A stretch of 64,000 bases of DNA from positions 5,270,001 through 5,334,000 of the forward strand of contig CATOCA020000001.1 in assembly GCA_951406725.2 (NCBI GenBank). Direction: 5' to 3'. Positions 28,967-42,263 of the stretch are shown here, one piece after another. Numbering within the stretch: position 1 is the first letter of the stretch; every line of letters starts with the position of its first letter. This DNA is from Octopus vulgaris (Eukaryota). The position numbers were made by a program, and so were the translations under genes. The notes below the pieces were generated by a model. The model was given only the letters and a program-made list of their open reading frames with translations, searched no databases and was not told where the DNA came from.

Positions 28967-31900
28967 TTGGCATCCTTTTTGTCTCGGGAGACAATGGAGT
29001 TGCGCATAAAATAGTCCAGTCCGGCTTTTATATTTCATATCCTGATACATTTCCTGCTGTGGCTGTGTAGTCCTATCCTGGACAAACACTCCCTCTGGCA
29101 GGTACCGCAAATGTAGCGAAGACTGTTCCTGGCTGGTTGTAATGTCATAGTTTCTTGTTTACGTCTCTTCCTTTCTTTCTATTTCTCCTCTCTCTCTGTC
29201 ACTCCTTTGTATTCCCTCTTTTACGGTACGTCGCCATTCTCCACGGTTGCCGGCAACTGCCTCCCAACCGCTAATATTGATGTTGCAGGCCTTCATGTCC
29301 CTTTTGCAAACATCCTTGTAACGTAAGATCGGTCTACCCACAGACCTGGTACCCCTAGCAAGCTCTCCGTAGAGTATGTCCTTGGGGATTCTGCCATCTT
29401 TCATACGGCTAACATGCCCAAGCTATCTCATACGTCTTTGTGTGAGGAGTGCAAACATGCTTGGTATTCCTGCTTGCCTGAGGACATCTTTGTTGGGGAT
29501 ATGATTCTGCCATTTGATGAGGAGGATTTTTCGGAGGCAGCGCAGGTGAAAGATGTTTAGGTGAGGCTCTTGGTGTGTGTATAGCGTGCAAGTCTCACTT
29601 CCATACAGTAGAGTGCTGAGTACACATGCCTGGTAGATCTTCATTTTCGTGGTCTTGATCAGCTTATTGTTGTCCCAAGCCCGTTTGGAGAGTTGGGCCA
29701 TCGCAGCAACTGCCTTTCCAATGCGTATATTGAGCTCAGCGTCAAGGGATATGTTGTAGGTGACGATAGAGCCCAGATAGGTAAACTTCTCCACCTCTTG
29801 TAATCTGTGGTCTCCAATATGTATGTTTGGGATGTCCGATGTAGCCTGACCCATGATGTTGGTCTTCTTAAGGCTGATAGTTAAGCCAAAGTCGTTACAT
29901 GCTTGCTCAAAACAGTCAATGAACCTTTGGAGGGCTTCTTCTGTGTGTGATACCAGAGCGGCATCATCAGCAAATAACATCTCCTTGATCAGGACGTTTC
30001 TGATTTTGGTCTTGGCACACAGGCGCGAGAGATTGAACAGTTTCCCGTCACTTCTACTGTGCAGAAACACTCCATCATCTGATGTCTGAAAGGCTTGTGA
30101 GAGTAAGAGCGAGAAGAAGATGCCAAACAATGTAGGAGCGAGGACACAACCTTGCTTTACCCCGTTTTTTATTTGGAAGGCGGCTGATGTTGAACCGTTG
30201 TGCTGTAAGGTGCCTTGCATGTCATCATGGAAAGACTTGATGATCCTCAGCAGCTTTGGTGGACATCCGATTTTTTGGAGCAGGATGAAGAGGCCTGTTC
30301 TGCTTACCGAGTCAAAAGCCTTTTTTATATCAATGAAGGCCATATATAATGGCATTTTCTGCTCTCTGGACTTCTCCTGAAGTTGGCGTACGGAGAATAT
30401 CATATCTATTTCTTTACTCTTATATATTTCTTTACTTACGGAGAATATCATATCGATAGTTGATCTGCTTCTTCTAAAGCCACACTGCGATTCCGGATAG
30501 ATACGAGGAGCAAGTAGTCGTAGCCTTACCAGGATAACGCGGGCAAAGGTCTTTCTAACAGTGCTTAGAAGAGATATACCACGGTAATTGTTACAATCAC
30601 CACGGTCACCTTTGTTTTTGTAAAGCGTAATGGTGTTAGCATCCCGCATATCCTGAGGGACTGTACCCTCTTCCCAGCACTGACACAGAAGCTCATGAAG
30701 ATGCCGAAGCAGGATGGGGTTTTTACCGGCTTTGATGATATCTGAGGGGGTGCCGTCTTTTCCCGGAGACTTAGTTCTTGCTAGGGAGTCAAGAGCCTTG
30801 GTGAGCTCTGCTATAGATGGCGGACTGTCAGGTTCGCACATGACTGGCAAGATCTTGACACTCTCGACTGCAGCCTCAGCCACTGTAGTCTCCCGTGAGT
30901 AGAGATCCTGGTAGTGCTCCACCCATCTATCCATTTGCTTGCCTTGATCCGTGATGAGATCTCCAGAGGGGCTGACTTGGTTGCGGATGGACCGAGGGCC
31001 TTCTTCAAACCGACATACATCCCACAGGTGTCGCCACTGTCAGCAGCTGACTGGATACTCTGACAGATTTCCTGCCAATACCCATTTGCACAGCGTCTGG
31101 CTGTCAGTTGGGTTTTATTTCGTGCCTTTCTGAGTTCTTCGAGTGATTTTGTAGAAGAATCACTCTTGTATTGCATCAGAGCTGCACGCTTTGCTTCGAT
31201 AACTGGCTCCAGCTCTGAGAGCCCAGCATTGAACCAATCTGGGTTTTGCCTTTCTCTCATGCCGAAAGTATCTATTGATGTCGTATACAAAGCTTCCCTG
31301 ATATAGTTCCACCTACTTTCAGCAGAGGAGGTTGGGCAGCTACTGAGGGCAACTTTGATAGAAGCAGCAAAACATTTTCGCAGTGTAGGTTCCGAGGTTC
31401 TGGCAGTGTTAATGCGTGGTCGGCCCACTTTCTTGAAGCGATGGACTTTTTTAGGCAGAATCCTCACCCTACTTCTAATTAGTGAGTGGTCTGTGTCACA
31501 ATCCGCGCTGTGGTAACTGCGGGTCAATAGAGTAGAATTCAGAAAGGATCTCCGTGTAATGATGAGATCCAGCTGATGCCAGTGGTGAGATCTTGGATGT
31601 CTCCAAGATGCCTTGTGGGAAGGCTTGTTGGTAAAGAATGTGTTTGTGATGCACAGGTTGTGGTATGTGCAGAATACGAGTAGTCTCTGACCATTGTCAT
31701 TCATGTTGCCAATACCAAAGTGTCCAACACAAATGGGCCACGAATCATGGTCAGATCCCACGCGAGCGTTAAAATCCCCCAGAAGGTAGATATTTTCAGT
31801 CGTTGGTATATTTTCTATGACACAGTTGAGATCTTTGTAGAACTGGTACTTGGTCTCCTCTGAGCTGTAGAGAGTGAGAGTAGAGATGCTGAGTAGATGT

Positions 31901-32887
31901 ACTGAGCCAGAAGAAGTCGAATGGCGCAGTGAGGGGATACGCTCAGTGCCTCCTGATGGTGGTTCTATTGAGGAGAGTAATGAGTTTCTCACCACAAAGC
32001 CAACGCCATGCTGACGAGGTTCTTCTGGATCGCTTCCTGCCAAAAGGAGGTGAAATCCTGCTCTTTGAGTTTGCCGTTTGAGGGGAGACTTGTCTCCTGC
32101 AGCCCAGCAATATCTATGTTGAGCCTCTTTAGTTCACGGTCAATGATGGCCGTTTTCCTTGTGTCTTCAACCCTGAGTAGATCATCAGATATTCCAGGGC
32201 ACATGGTCCTGACATTCCAGCTTGCCAACCGCACAACTGGTGTTTTCTTGACTTTTAGTTGTTTGCCTGGTGCAGAGGTTGCAGGCCGCTTTTCAAGTCA
32301 TACTCTTAGCTTCAAGCACCCAATGAAGCAGGCTACCTGTGGCGGGTCAGCACCTAATTGACTGGGGGCTGCCCAGCTTGAGGTGGGCAGTAGCTAACCA
32401 ATAGGACACGGAGGTCCCTCCCACCGTCAGAGGTAACCCGTAGCGCCCATATTTTACGCCAATCTGAATAGACTTATCACTCGTGACTGTTACCTCCCGT
32501 GTTGTTTCTGCAGCTTTTTACAGCAGCACTGAAGTGTCCTCTCCAGTTTTGCGCAAGCCTGGGCTATAGATAAGAAAGCCCTGGGTAGCCCAATCGTCAG
32601 GTTTCCTCTCTCGACCTTGCTGATGTAGTCCAAAGGAGTGCAGGGCATTACGTTTGGCACCTGCTTGGTTGCAGGAGCTGCCGGAAGAGTGTCGAGTCGA
32701 ACACTAGACCGCCTTCGGGGCTCCACTCCGGATTTCTTTGAAGGTTGTTTCCGTTCCGTAACCCTGGATAGGGGCCCATACCGGGTACTGTCAGCCGGAA
32801 CTCGTGTCAGGCAAGGTCGTCACTCCCTGAATTAGTGAAGAAGTTCGCTACCCACTACCTTTTCAAGTAATGTTAAATTATTATTAG

Positions 32888-32890
<3 letters not shown>
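28962..32890 (-). mobile_element. RTE-clade LINE, near full length, inactivated (copy B; 410-aa EN and 503-aa RT frames)
   Basis: ORFs 30811-32043 and 29423-30934 with the same motifs; flanked by (TA)n on both sides. Confidence 0.95.
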
Positions 32891-32921
<31 letters not shown>

Positions 32922-33179
32922 TATGTATGTGTATGTATATATGCATACATATATATATATACACAGTTCTCTCTTTATCTTTATATGGGTTTGTTTGTCC
33001 TTTGTATAATAAAACATTGATAAAACACTTAAGCATTTCGTCGAAGGTACGAATTAGTATATTGTGGGTCACAAGTACAACACTGTTGATCATGGTGACG
33101 TATAATACATGCGATAAAATCGAATGTTTGGAACAAAACAAAATAAATTTGAATAAAGGTGTTAGAAGCTTTTGCTTAC

Positions 33180-33232
33180 CCAGAATATTCAACTCGGAAT
33201 TTTCCATCCACGGTTAAAAACTCATGCTCCAT
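33180..33232 (-). CDS. Duplicated SEA-like exon b': MEHEFLTVDGKFRVEYSG
   Basis: Paralog of 44402-44454, same 53-nt length, intact splice sites. Confidence 0.7.
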
Positions 33233-33573
33233 CTGCAAAAGCCGGATGTGTATATATATATATATATATGCAGACATTAAATTCAAGAAACAAAGTTTGA
33301 TTTAAAAGCGTTGAGAAGTATAAAAAGATACAGATAAGGAAATAATTTTACATATGTATGTATTTATGTGTTTAAGCTGATCAGGCTAACAAAATCGATA
33401 TCACTATCTACGAAACGTATTGAGCTCACTCACTATTTAAATTGACGTTTTGCATTTCTTGTATAAAATATGCATGTGTGTGTGTGTGTGTGTGAGTGTA
33501 TGCATGTGTGCGCGTGTTCAGTGCGCGCGTGTGTGTGTGTATTCGGAGAAAGAGAGGGCAGATATCTACTCAC

Positions 33574-33656
33574 GGCTCTTGATATGTTCTCAGCAGGTTT
33601 TTTATATTCGTTGAAAGATTTTAAAATCAAACGAAATGCGAAGGATTTGGTCCAGC
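33574..33656 (-). CDS. Duplicated SEA-like exon a': [28 protein letters not shown]
   Basis: Paralog of 45465-45547, same 83-nt length, intact catag| and |gtgagt, open frame. Confidence 0.7.
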
Positions 33657-33893
33657 CTATGGATTGATATAGAAAATAATTGCTGTATTTATAAATGAGA
33701 CACACGTCATAGATGCACATAAAACCCACATACGTAGATAAAAATATACATTCATAATCACATATACACTTAAACATACTATAAATAAATATATATATAT
33801 ATACGAATATACAGACTCACATTAATACATCTGCATCTACACGTATAAACACATATATAAATGCATGTTTGTACACATACACAGTTCCATGTA

Positions 33894-33936
<43 letters not shown>

Positions 33937-33951
33937 ATATATATATATGTA

Positions 33952-34190
33952 CACTACCGTCAGAAATTAATTAGCACCCTTGATTTGCTCTTCACTCAAG
34001 GTATGTGCTGTCACCTAGTGGCCATATCTCGAACTATTGCTTTGTTGCGAGTTCACTTTTGCGCAGAACGATGACGTAACTTTGTTTGCAGAGCAGTTTG
34101 AGAGTCTATAGCCTTATGATGTTGACATAGCAGTGCAACAACAACTTGGAGTGCTGATGCAGACAAATCTTCCTTTGTTTAATAGATATA
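33952..34190. mobile_element. Tc1/mariner-like terminal fragment
   Basis: TA followed by cactaccgtcagaaattaattagcaccc resembles a Tc1 TIR start; no partner TIR seen. Confidence 0.45.
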
Positions 34191-35010
34191 TGTAGCGCCT
34201 CGCAAGGACCGAAATCACCGTATTAAGTTTTCTCATCGCGTAAGACGTTTAGAACAGCTCATAGGTTAATTAATTTAACCTATTTAATGTAGAAATTTGA
34301 GAAGTGCTAATTAATTTCTGACGCAAGTGTATATATATGAACAATTTCAGTTAGAATGGTTGATTCTCTCAATTTCGATACCATATGACAAAGGCAAGAA
34401 ATTCTGTCTTCTCTGCAATTCTGAGCTATTTTTCATTATTTTTTCTAAAAATACTCTAGTAAACACGGTTATAGAACGAGCATACAGATGTAAGCATTGG
34501 CAGAAACGTACATTTAGTGCATATAAGTAGTCTCTATAATTATATATAATTCAAACTTTAATTTCCTTTATATTTAACAATCACTATTAATATCCCTACT
34601 CTTTCTGTTAGCTACTTATGACGTTATATCATATAACGTTTTTTTAAACAATATTAATCGCGTTCTGTCTATCACTCTACAAATCCATCATTTTTTGCTA
34701 AAATGTCTTATTGACAAGTTTCGCTTTTTTCACCTTCCTGAAGAGAAGATTGCATTGTTTCATTTATTCTTTTGAATAGTAACAGTGGAATTGTCGAAAC
34801 ATGTGTCGAAAGTAAAAATATTTGATTACACCTGCGTTAAACTCCATTTATTTATTCATATATTATTCAAAATATTCAACGTAAACACGAAGTTTCTACC
34901 TTTATAAACAAGGAGTTACAACATCTTTACTTGTGAGATTTTTGCTACCCTGGTAACTATTTATTTATTTTTTCCGTGTTAATCGTTAACAAGGTAAAAA
35001 TACACTCATC
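34190..35010 (+). mobile_element. Penelope-like element 3' end (endonuclease C-terminus plus hammerhead-bearing terminal region)
   Basis: WLILSISIPYDKGKKFCLLCNSE...N...E...CKH motif (34327-34530) followed by a hammerhead fold. Confidence 0.8.
34732..34813 (+). ncRNA. Type I hammerhead ribozyme fold in a Penelope 3' region
   Basis: CTGAAGA (34738-34744), long stem II (cattgtt/aacagtg, tattc/gaata), GAAA (34796-34799), ca-tg-tg, GUC cleavage after 34807; stem I has one mismatch. Confidence 0.72.
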
Positions 35011-35079
35011 TATTTATATATACATATATGTAAATCAGCCCACATTTGCATACATACGTAACATATATATATATATATA

Positions 35080-35431
35080 CTAGCAGTATCGCCCGGCGTT
35101 GCTCAGGTTTGTAAGGGAAATAACTATAAAGCATTTTTAGAGAGTTATAGCCAAAAAATAGCAAAAAAATGATGGTAAATTTTTTTTTGAGTTAAAAAAG
35201 TTTGAGTTGCGTCCCCTAGACCGTCTGTGGTTTGTTTCTGATTCTCGACCCCATGTCGATTTTATCGATTTTTTCAGAACTGGGGGAACTGCGTTAGTTT
35301 TGAATTATGACATTGGGCTATGTGTGTGTCAAGTTTCATCAGAATCGGTTGAAAGCCGTGGTCAGGGTGAGGGTACAAGCAAACAGACACACAGAAACAC
35401 GCACAGACAAACTGCCGTTTATATATAGAGA
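35080..35431 (-). mobile_element. Non-autonomous Helitron (Lep1-like)
   Basis: Minus strand starts TC, ends with a GC-rich hairpin (cctgagcaacgccggg) and CTAG; inserted between A and T in (TA)n, no TSD. Confidence 0.8.
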
Positions 35432-35475
35432 TATATATATATATAAGTTTATATTCATATGTACATACATAAGTA

Positions 35476-35544
<69 letters not shown>

Positions 35545-35980
35545 ATATACATGTAGAAACATTTATTTGCATCTATGTGCACGTACACGTATCCAATATA
35601 GGATTTCATTATAGGGACAGCACTTCTGTGAAACGATCGTAAAAAGGTTTAAATATTTAATTCAAAACTTATAAACTGTCATATACATTATATATTTATA
35701 CGTATACATATATACATATATTTTTATAAATATTTATATTTATTTATTTATATATTTTTAATACAACCATTTTTTTCCACACGTGTATATCTTTCTGTGA
35801 AGTTTTCTGATATTGAATTCTTAATATTAATAATAATATATTATATAAAAATATATATAATCGCTCGCATTAAATATATAAATACCTTAATAATATTAAC
35901 ACTTTGATACAATAGAGCACTCAATATATATTCAGTATATAATATTCTCATTGAATATATTTGACTAAAGATTCATATAT

Positions 35981-36407
35981 ACTCTTTACTCTTTTTACTC
36001 TTTTATTTGTTTCAGTCATTTGACTGTTGCCATGCTGGAGCACCGCGTTTAGTCGAGCAAATCGACCCCAGTACTTATTCTTTGTAAGCCTAGTATTTAT
36101 TCTATCGTCTCTTTTGCCGAACCACTAAGTTACAGGGTCGTAAACACACCAGCATCGGTTGTCAAGCGATGTTGGAGGGGGAGATAAAAACAGACACAAA
36201 CATATACACACATACACACACATAGATATATATACATATACATATATACGACAGGCTTCTTTCAGTTTCCGTCTACCAAATCCACTCACAAGGCTTTGGT
36301 CGGCCTGAGGTTATAGCAGAAGACACTTGCCCAAGGTACCACGCAGTGGGACTGAACCCGGGACCATATGGTTCGTAAGCAATCTACTTACCACACACCC
36401 ACTACTA

Positions 36408-36410
<3 letters not shown>
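35981..36410 (-). mobile_element. tRNA-derived SINE, near full length
   Basis: Head gtgtggtaag...ggttcagtccc, internal (TA/TG)n linker, (aaagagta)n-like tail. Confidence 0.85.
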
Positions 36411-36460
<50 letters not shown>

Positions 36461-36765
36461 ACATATATACATATATATATGCAACCATGCCCACACATGC
36501 AGACATATGTATTAGAATATGATTGTTCCTTTCCAGCAACACAAAACCATCCAATGGCCATTTTTATGGGTTTCGAAACAAAAAGCCTACAGTTACAAGG
36601 AAAATGACAATAATAAAAGCACAGTAAAATAGAACGCAAAAGAAATATCTAAAGCGGTTTTTATTAATTTGATTACCCTGTGTACGAGGGATACAATGTG
36701 TGCAAGGAAGAGGGATATTAGCGTTTGGAAGGAGAATCGCTTTCAATTGAAATTTCAGGAAGAAC

Positions 36766-37042
36766 CTGCGTGGTACCTTGGGCAAGTGTCTTCTACTATA
36801 GCCTCGGACCGACCAAAACCTTGTGAGTGGATTTGGTAGACGGAAACTGAAAGAAGCCTGTCGTATATATGTATATGTATATATATCTGTGTGTGTATGT
36901 GTGTATATGTTTGTGTGTTTTTGCCCCCCCTCCAACATCACTTGACAACCGATGCTTGTGTGTTTACGACCCTGTAACTTAGCGGTTCGGCAAAATAGAC
37001 CGATAGAATAAATACTAGGCTTACAAAGAATAAGTACTGGGG
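36766..37042 (+). mobile_element. Partial inverted copy of the same SINE
   Basis: Reverse complement of 36066-36346. Confidence 0.85.
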
Positions 37043-37399
37043 CCTTTTCTCTCTCGCGTCGCTTAATTTAGGCTTTTTGGACACAGTTTCTGCACTTTTC
37101 ACACTTGCAGGCCTTTTCATTAGAAATTTAGCAAGAGAAGTCTGCTTTTACCTGCCTTTTTATTCAGTCTTTAGTAGTTTTTCTGTGCCACATTGTAAAT
37201 ACTCGGCTAAGCTTTTTTTCCATCTCTATACGTTCTTCTACTGCTATTGAGCATCTCCCAGTCTGGTCTTTCCTTAATTACAGTCGGTTGATATCTGCTT
37301 TCGGATGTTGAGCGCCACATATTTTCAGCAACTTATTAGTTTTTGTCAAATTTATTTATTTTGATTATCATTTCTCTTTATCAGAGGTTTTGTAGGAGT

Positions 37400-37965
37400 T
37401 CCTTGAGGCTTGCATTGTGGGAGTTCCTGGACACTTGCTCATTCTAATGTCGACCCTCCAGTTTGTGGCCAAAGCTTACTCTTGCGCTGCCAATATAGTG
37501 TTCTCGGTCTCTTTCTTTAGAATTCCTTTCATCAGCCAATCCCACCTACTTTTTGTTATATGGAAATTCATTGTGTTCTCCCTTCTTGCGCCATTCTTCT
37601 TCATTTCTTTTTGTGTTTCTTCCTTCGTTTTTCCTGCTTTCAATACTCCCTCATTCCTAACTGTCACTAACAAGGTTTCCTTACTTTGGGTTCGGTATCT
37701 CATTAAGCCTTCGAGTTCGAAACGCACGCAGTTTCCCACACTTATCAGTCCCTTTTCTCCATTCGCTCTCTTCGTGTATCGGCGATCGAGGTCTGCATGT
37801 GGATGATGGGCTCCATACATCGTTAGAACCTTTCTTGACTTCCTGTCCATCTCCTTTAGCTTCTCTGTCCACTTCAGTTTTCCAGCTTTCAAACCAATAT
37901 TTTGATCACTCGCCAAAAGTGCTCTCTTTTTCTCTTTTCCTTCATGTCGTGGTGTTTGATTCCAT
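37400..37965 (-). mobile_element. R4/Dong-like LINE fragment (paralogous piece at 46005-46300)
   Basis: [34 protein letters not shown]...LKKETENTILAAQE. Confidence 0.8.
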
Positions 37966-38099
37966 CTGTATGTGTGTGTGAGTGTGAGTAAGAGAGAGAG
38001 GGAGTGTGTGTGTGGGGTGGGGGCATTGTAAGCGATGAATGAAATGAACATTAAATGAAAAAATCGTGTAAATGAAAGGACATAATAAACGGAATAATA

Positions 38100-38315
38100 G
38101 AGGTTTCAAATATTGGTACGTGACCAGCAGATTTGGTGTAGGGGGTTAAGTTGATTACATTGACCCAGAGCTCAACTTGCGCTTATTTTATCGACACAGA
38201 AATTATGAAAAGCAAAGTCAATCTTGGCGGAATTTGAACTTAGAACGTAAAGACAGACGAAGTACTGCAAAGCATTTCTCCCGCTCTGCTAACGATTCTG
38301 CCAACTTACCGCCTA
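38100..38315 (-). mobile_element. Second tRNA-derived SINE family; relatives at 39915-40100, 40125-40225, 52145-52330 (+), 56820-56970 (+), 19715-19810 (+)
   Basis: Shared gtcgacc/ggaatttgaactcagaacgt and cacaaggccagcaattt motifs. Confidence 0.75.
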
Positions 38316-38979
38316 ATTTAAGGACTAATAGTGATAAGTTTTCATAATGGTCTAATGAGAAATTGAAATCATCACATCACTAAATGCATATGAAAATCTA
38401 TTCAATTTGACAGTGCCATAATAACATTTGAGAGAAGTAAATTGCTTATATTCTATGACAAACAGATATGTAGGGTATGTCATTGAATATTTGAAGATTC
38501 TACAACCACCGCTCCAACGTAATGTATGCAAAGAGGTATGTACCAGTAATATCCCTGTTGTTTTTCTGCTTCTCTCTCTACTCAGCCTGTCTGCAGAATG
38601 TTTACGAAAACGTGCTTTTAACGATATTACAATAATGAACTCAACTCTCCAAAGTAATAAATTCTTTCATAACGTTTCCATAAATGAGTCAAATGATTTG
38701 CCGTTGAACGAGATGGACACATTCCTGGAGGACTCAAACGGGAGAATAGGTTGCATTACCTTTTGAAAAAATCATTGTAATTACAAACACACACACACAC
38801 ACACAGGACAGTCATAATGGAACAGACATAGAAAGACATACACATACACACTCACCACCCCCACCCCCACCAGAGTGGTCGTATTTAAACAGACAGAAAG
38901 TCACTCACAAAAATTACTTCTTCTCATCCTGCTACTTCTACTACTGTAAAAGTCATTTAAAAATAATTTGCTCGCTCAC

Positions 38980-39122
38980 CATCATCAATGCCTTTGCTCT
39001 GTTCTGCATTGTAACATTGAGACATGTCTGGTTCTTGCCAGATACCAGTAAACGGTGAACACTTTTGTGATGACAGGTTTTGACTTGATGCCATTTCTGG
39101 ATGCCCCATCGTTCTGGAAGAA
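38980..39122 (-). CDS. HRM domain exon 2: [47 protein letters not shown]
   Basis: ttttttcag| and |gtgagc; GxWxxPDxSxC motif; phase 2 in, phase 1 out. Confidence 0.9.
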
Positions 39123-42100
39123 CTGAAAAAATAAATGTTAAATATTGTCAGTCGAGTTTATTCATTCTGAGGAGAATTTCATCAGTCTCAGAGGAATATA
39201 AGAAACCTTCGAACTGGTCGTGATTTGAACTCATAATTTAGTGAAAGAAGGATAAATGGTGTCTTGCATTTGGGGGAGAAATCTATTATTTACTCCTGAC
39301 CCCTATCCTCAAAACTAATGTAAATATTTTCTAACTAGAGTTCAGATATAAAAACAATATTCCTGCATCTGTTTTTATTTACAATAATTTCTTGTTTTTA
39401 TGATTATTCAATACAAGATTAGTTGGAACGGTGTAGGTGATGCAGAATTAAGGAGCCAAGTTGTTAGTTCAAGTTGAATGGGGGAATTAGTTGCTAATAT
39501 TTCGCCACCATAGACATCAGTAGCAACAGCGGCAGCAATGGATTTATGTATATTTTCCTACATATGCACAGATTTGAGTGATTCCACCAGTTGGTCTTGT
39601 CTTAAAACTAATAAAGCTCAGCCTCTGGGAGGAACAATTTAGATGCTTAACCTGTGGAATGACGTGGTAGAAATGAGAGAAGAGAGACCGTGTTACATAG
39701 TCTGTGATGAGTGAAATCCCAGGATGACCATCATGTACTAGCAAGATATATAGCTCTACAGTAATCATAAAATTGAATAAATAGTATTAGCCTGAAACCA
39801 ACAGAATCACTGATAGATTCTATTGGCTGTATCTAGGTATGTGCTTTCTTTGCTACAATTATTTTGTGAAATTCTGGAACTTACAAGAATCTTTAAATCT
39901 TTGAATAATGCTGATTTCAAATTTTGGCAGCTATTTTGGGCGGGGGTAGTTCGATTACATAGACCCCAGCGTACTTATTTTATCGATCCCGTAAGGGTAA
40001 AAGACAAAGTCGACCCTGGTGGCATTTGATCTCAGAATGTAAAGTCAGAAGAAATGCTGCTAAGCATTTTGTCCGGCATGGAAACGATTCCTCCAGGTCA
40101 GCACCATAAAGCCTTGTCTAATATTGGTTTCAAATTTTGGCACAAGGCCAGCAATTTCAGGGGAAGGGATAAGTCGTTTACACCAACCTCAGTGCTCAAT
40201 TGGTATTTATTTCATCGACCCGAAACATAAAAACGAATGAAATGAAAGCTTTGTATAATATTGGCGACAAAGCAAACCTAGATAGTTAGGACAAGGCTAA
40301 ATTATATCAAATAATGTATAAAATGTAAAAATGCTGGGACAAGAGATTGCAACCGATAGACGTTTAATTCTATCTTGTTAATCTATAAAGCTGTTATTTG
40401 CTCTACCAAGTAACATTCTCTCACAATAGGATGACGCTGAAAACTTCAAACTTTGAGTAGAAATAAATCAATACAAACGAACCAATGCCTGGTGGCTACA
40501 TTTCCATGACATGGGATCTCCGCAGTAGTTCCTATTTTTGTCATTGGCCAAGAGAAAGCTCGATTGTTAGTTGATGTTGTGCTTTCATCACAAACCACTG
40601 AAAAAGAAGCAAAATATGGACATGAAAGAAGTCAGTAGTAGTAGTAGTAGTAGCAGTTAATGTTGGAAATAAATTGTTTGGACCACCTGCTGGCTGATTT
40701 GAGGACAATGATACACGAAGTGTTGCAAACATATACGGAGAGCATATATATTTATTCAAAATAGACAGATTTCTAGTTTTTCATTTAGTAGTTTGTAAAG
40801 AGATAAATGATTTAGAAATGAATTACAATCCCTTACAAGACAAGGACCCCAACCAGGCTCCATGCAATTCTTGGAAGTGTAGTCTATTCTTAACTAAAAT
40901 GGCGACAATATGATTTTCTCCATATTCTTGCTCTGTTCAAATATTTGAGAAAAATTACATTAAAGTGTCCTACTTATTAAAATTCTAATTCATTATTTAT
41001 GCAGCTGAAGATGGCATTGCATTTAAATTGATGTAATTTTTGTATTGTTCAATTAAATTTAGCCGATTGAAACTGCATAACTACTTGATATTCTGTAGAT
41101 TATATATATATATATATTCTTATATATATTTTTTCTTATATATTCTTAAAAAACAATAAATAAAATAGAAATAGAGGTGTGTGCATATGTATATATATAT
41201 ATTTTATATTTTCTCGAGCAATATATAACTGGTTACGGGATATGACTACTCAGAATGCTAGTCTGTTTCGCGGCCTCTAGTGTTGAATTTCGTCAATATA
41301 TTGATCACTCTTTAGACATACTGACCGGAAGCGCAAAACCTAATGTACGCTAGAAATGGGTAGATGTTATATTGATTTGGCGATGGTAAAATGAAATGAA
41401 TGGAAACGAAGTGAAAATATATCCTTTTCCGGCAATGGGATATGATTTGTTCCTCTCTTATATCTCTTAGACATTGTTTAAAGCGTATGAGCTGTGTGTG
41501 TATCTATCGATCCTAATTAAAAATTAATTGATCACTTCGTACGAAATGAATTTTCGCTGAGGAAAATTATTTGCAGCACTAAATAGTTTTCCTGTTTGAA
41601 TTAAAGCAAGTACTGGAATTGTTTGAATTTTTCTGCCCATTAGAGTCTGCATCTTCTACTTCTATACAAAATTAGAAGAAAACATTTTTGCCCTCGGTTA
41701 ATTGGTATAATTAAAAAGAAACTGAGCAAAGACAAACAGTTCCGTAGGGACAAGAAACGGAAAAGCGCAAAATAAAATGCTTTTTTTTAAAATTATCCAA
41801 GCGTTGAGAAAATGTAAATAAATAGCTGTGTGTGAGAGAGAGAGAGAGGGGGAGAGAGTCTGTGTGCTTTGTATCATCTACTGTGGTTGATGATGACGAC
41901 AACGACGAAGAGGTTGGTGATTGATGAAGCTAATTATGACGGTAATGATGATAAAATTAATAAGAAACACGATACTTACTTTCATCAAGAAATTTCATGT
42001 GGCTTTTCTTAACTCCTAAGTTAAGAAATGCCTGGGATTTGTTCAAAGTTTCGGAGATATTGTGCCGCAGTTGACTTTCAGTCATTTCGCTAAATACTGT

Positions 42101-42216
42101 ACAGTAAATAGCAAATATTTTATTTCTGTTTGAGCTGAAATAAAAAATAAATACATACATGTATGTCGGTATGTATGTATGTATGTAGCTAGCTAGCTAG
42201 CTAGAAATATACATAC

Positions 42217-42263
<47 letters not shown>

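Larger units (their letters stand above)
23650..32890 (+). repeat. Young segmental duplication, copy B, with two extra insertions (23945-24591, 27938-28535)
   Basis: Same-orientation match to 7311-15135. Confidence 0.95.

Noticed and set aside
29423-32043. Active RTE retrotransposon
   Set aside because: Frameshifts split the single EN-RT ORF, a stop follows RRMR, and lesions are shared with copy A.
38428-38766. Plus-strand 112-aa ORF
   Set aside because: No recognisable motif or partner exons; antisense to the gene.
39561-39651. Possible exon VKHLNCSSQ...ICAY resembling the start of a GPS motif
   Set aside because: Lies between two HRM exons that join in phase 2; its phase is incompatible and it lacks the GPS tryptophans.
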